Below, in pieces: positions 63,956-64,000 of a stretch of 64,000 nt of DNA. Source of the stretch: Rhina ancylostomus (lineage: Eukaryota); contig JARFYF010000053.1 in the NCBI GenBank assembly GCA_030265395.1, positions 15,404,515 through 15,468,514 on the forward strand, written 5' to 3'. How positions within the stretch are numbered: position 1 is the first letter of the stretch; each line of letters opens with the position of its first letter. Both the position numbers and the translations under genes were made by a program. Under the pieces are notes generated by a model. That model did no database searches. It saw only the letters and a program-made list of their open reading frames with translations, and was not told the DNA's origin.

Positions 63956-64000
63956 GACATCAAAAAGAGACTCTGCTGTTCTAGAATTTTACAGAAGGCA

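Noticed and set aside
1-64000. Scattered GTAAACA/TGTTTAC forkhead motifs as evidence of FOXP autoregulation
   Set aside because: A 7-mer is expected several times by chance in 64 kb of AT-rich DNA, and I have not shown enrichment.

Overview
This is vertebrate genomic DNA, not prokaryotic. The repeat repertoire (CR1, L2, Penelope-derived fold-back elements, Deu-domain and V-type tRNA SINEs, a ~65-bp satellite) points to a cartilaginous fish, probably a ray or other batoid. The assembly looks short- or linked-read and has about 12 N gaps. Most of the window reads as intronic sequence of a minus-strand FOXP4 gene: its first coding exon ([12 protein letters not shown]...[10 protein letters not shown]) is at 33808-33991, surrounded by several repeat-free, enhancer-like blocks. 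The standout anomaly is about 22 kb downstream on the same strand, in what should be the next FOXP4 intron. There, two intact spliceable exons of the E3 ligase RNF34 (11288-11501, 11167-11199) and a probable 18-nt micro-exon (10557-10574) appear with their introns, but I see no FYVE or RING exons in the sequenced part. This could be a captured genomic gene fragment that can splice in frame to the FOXP4 exon, a nested gene whose other exons lie in gaps or outside the window, or an assembly chimera. Almost all other ORF-track entries are spurious or transposon-derived. Repeat boundaries are approximate and family calls come from recalled consensus sequences, not a database search.
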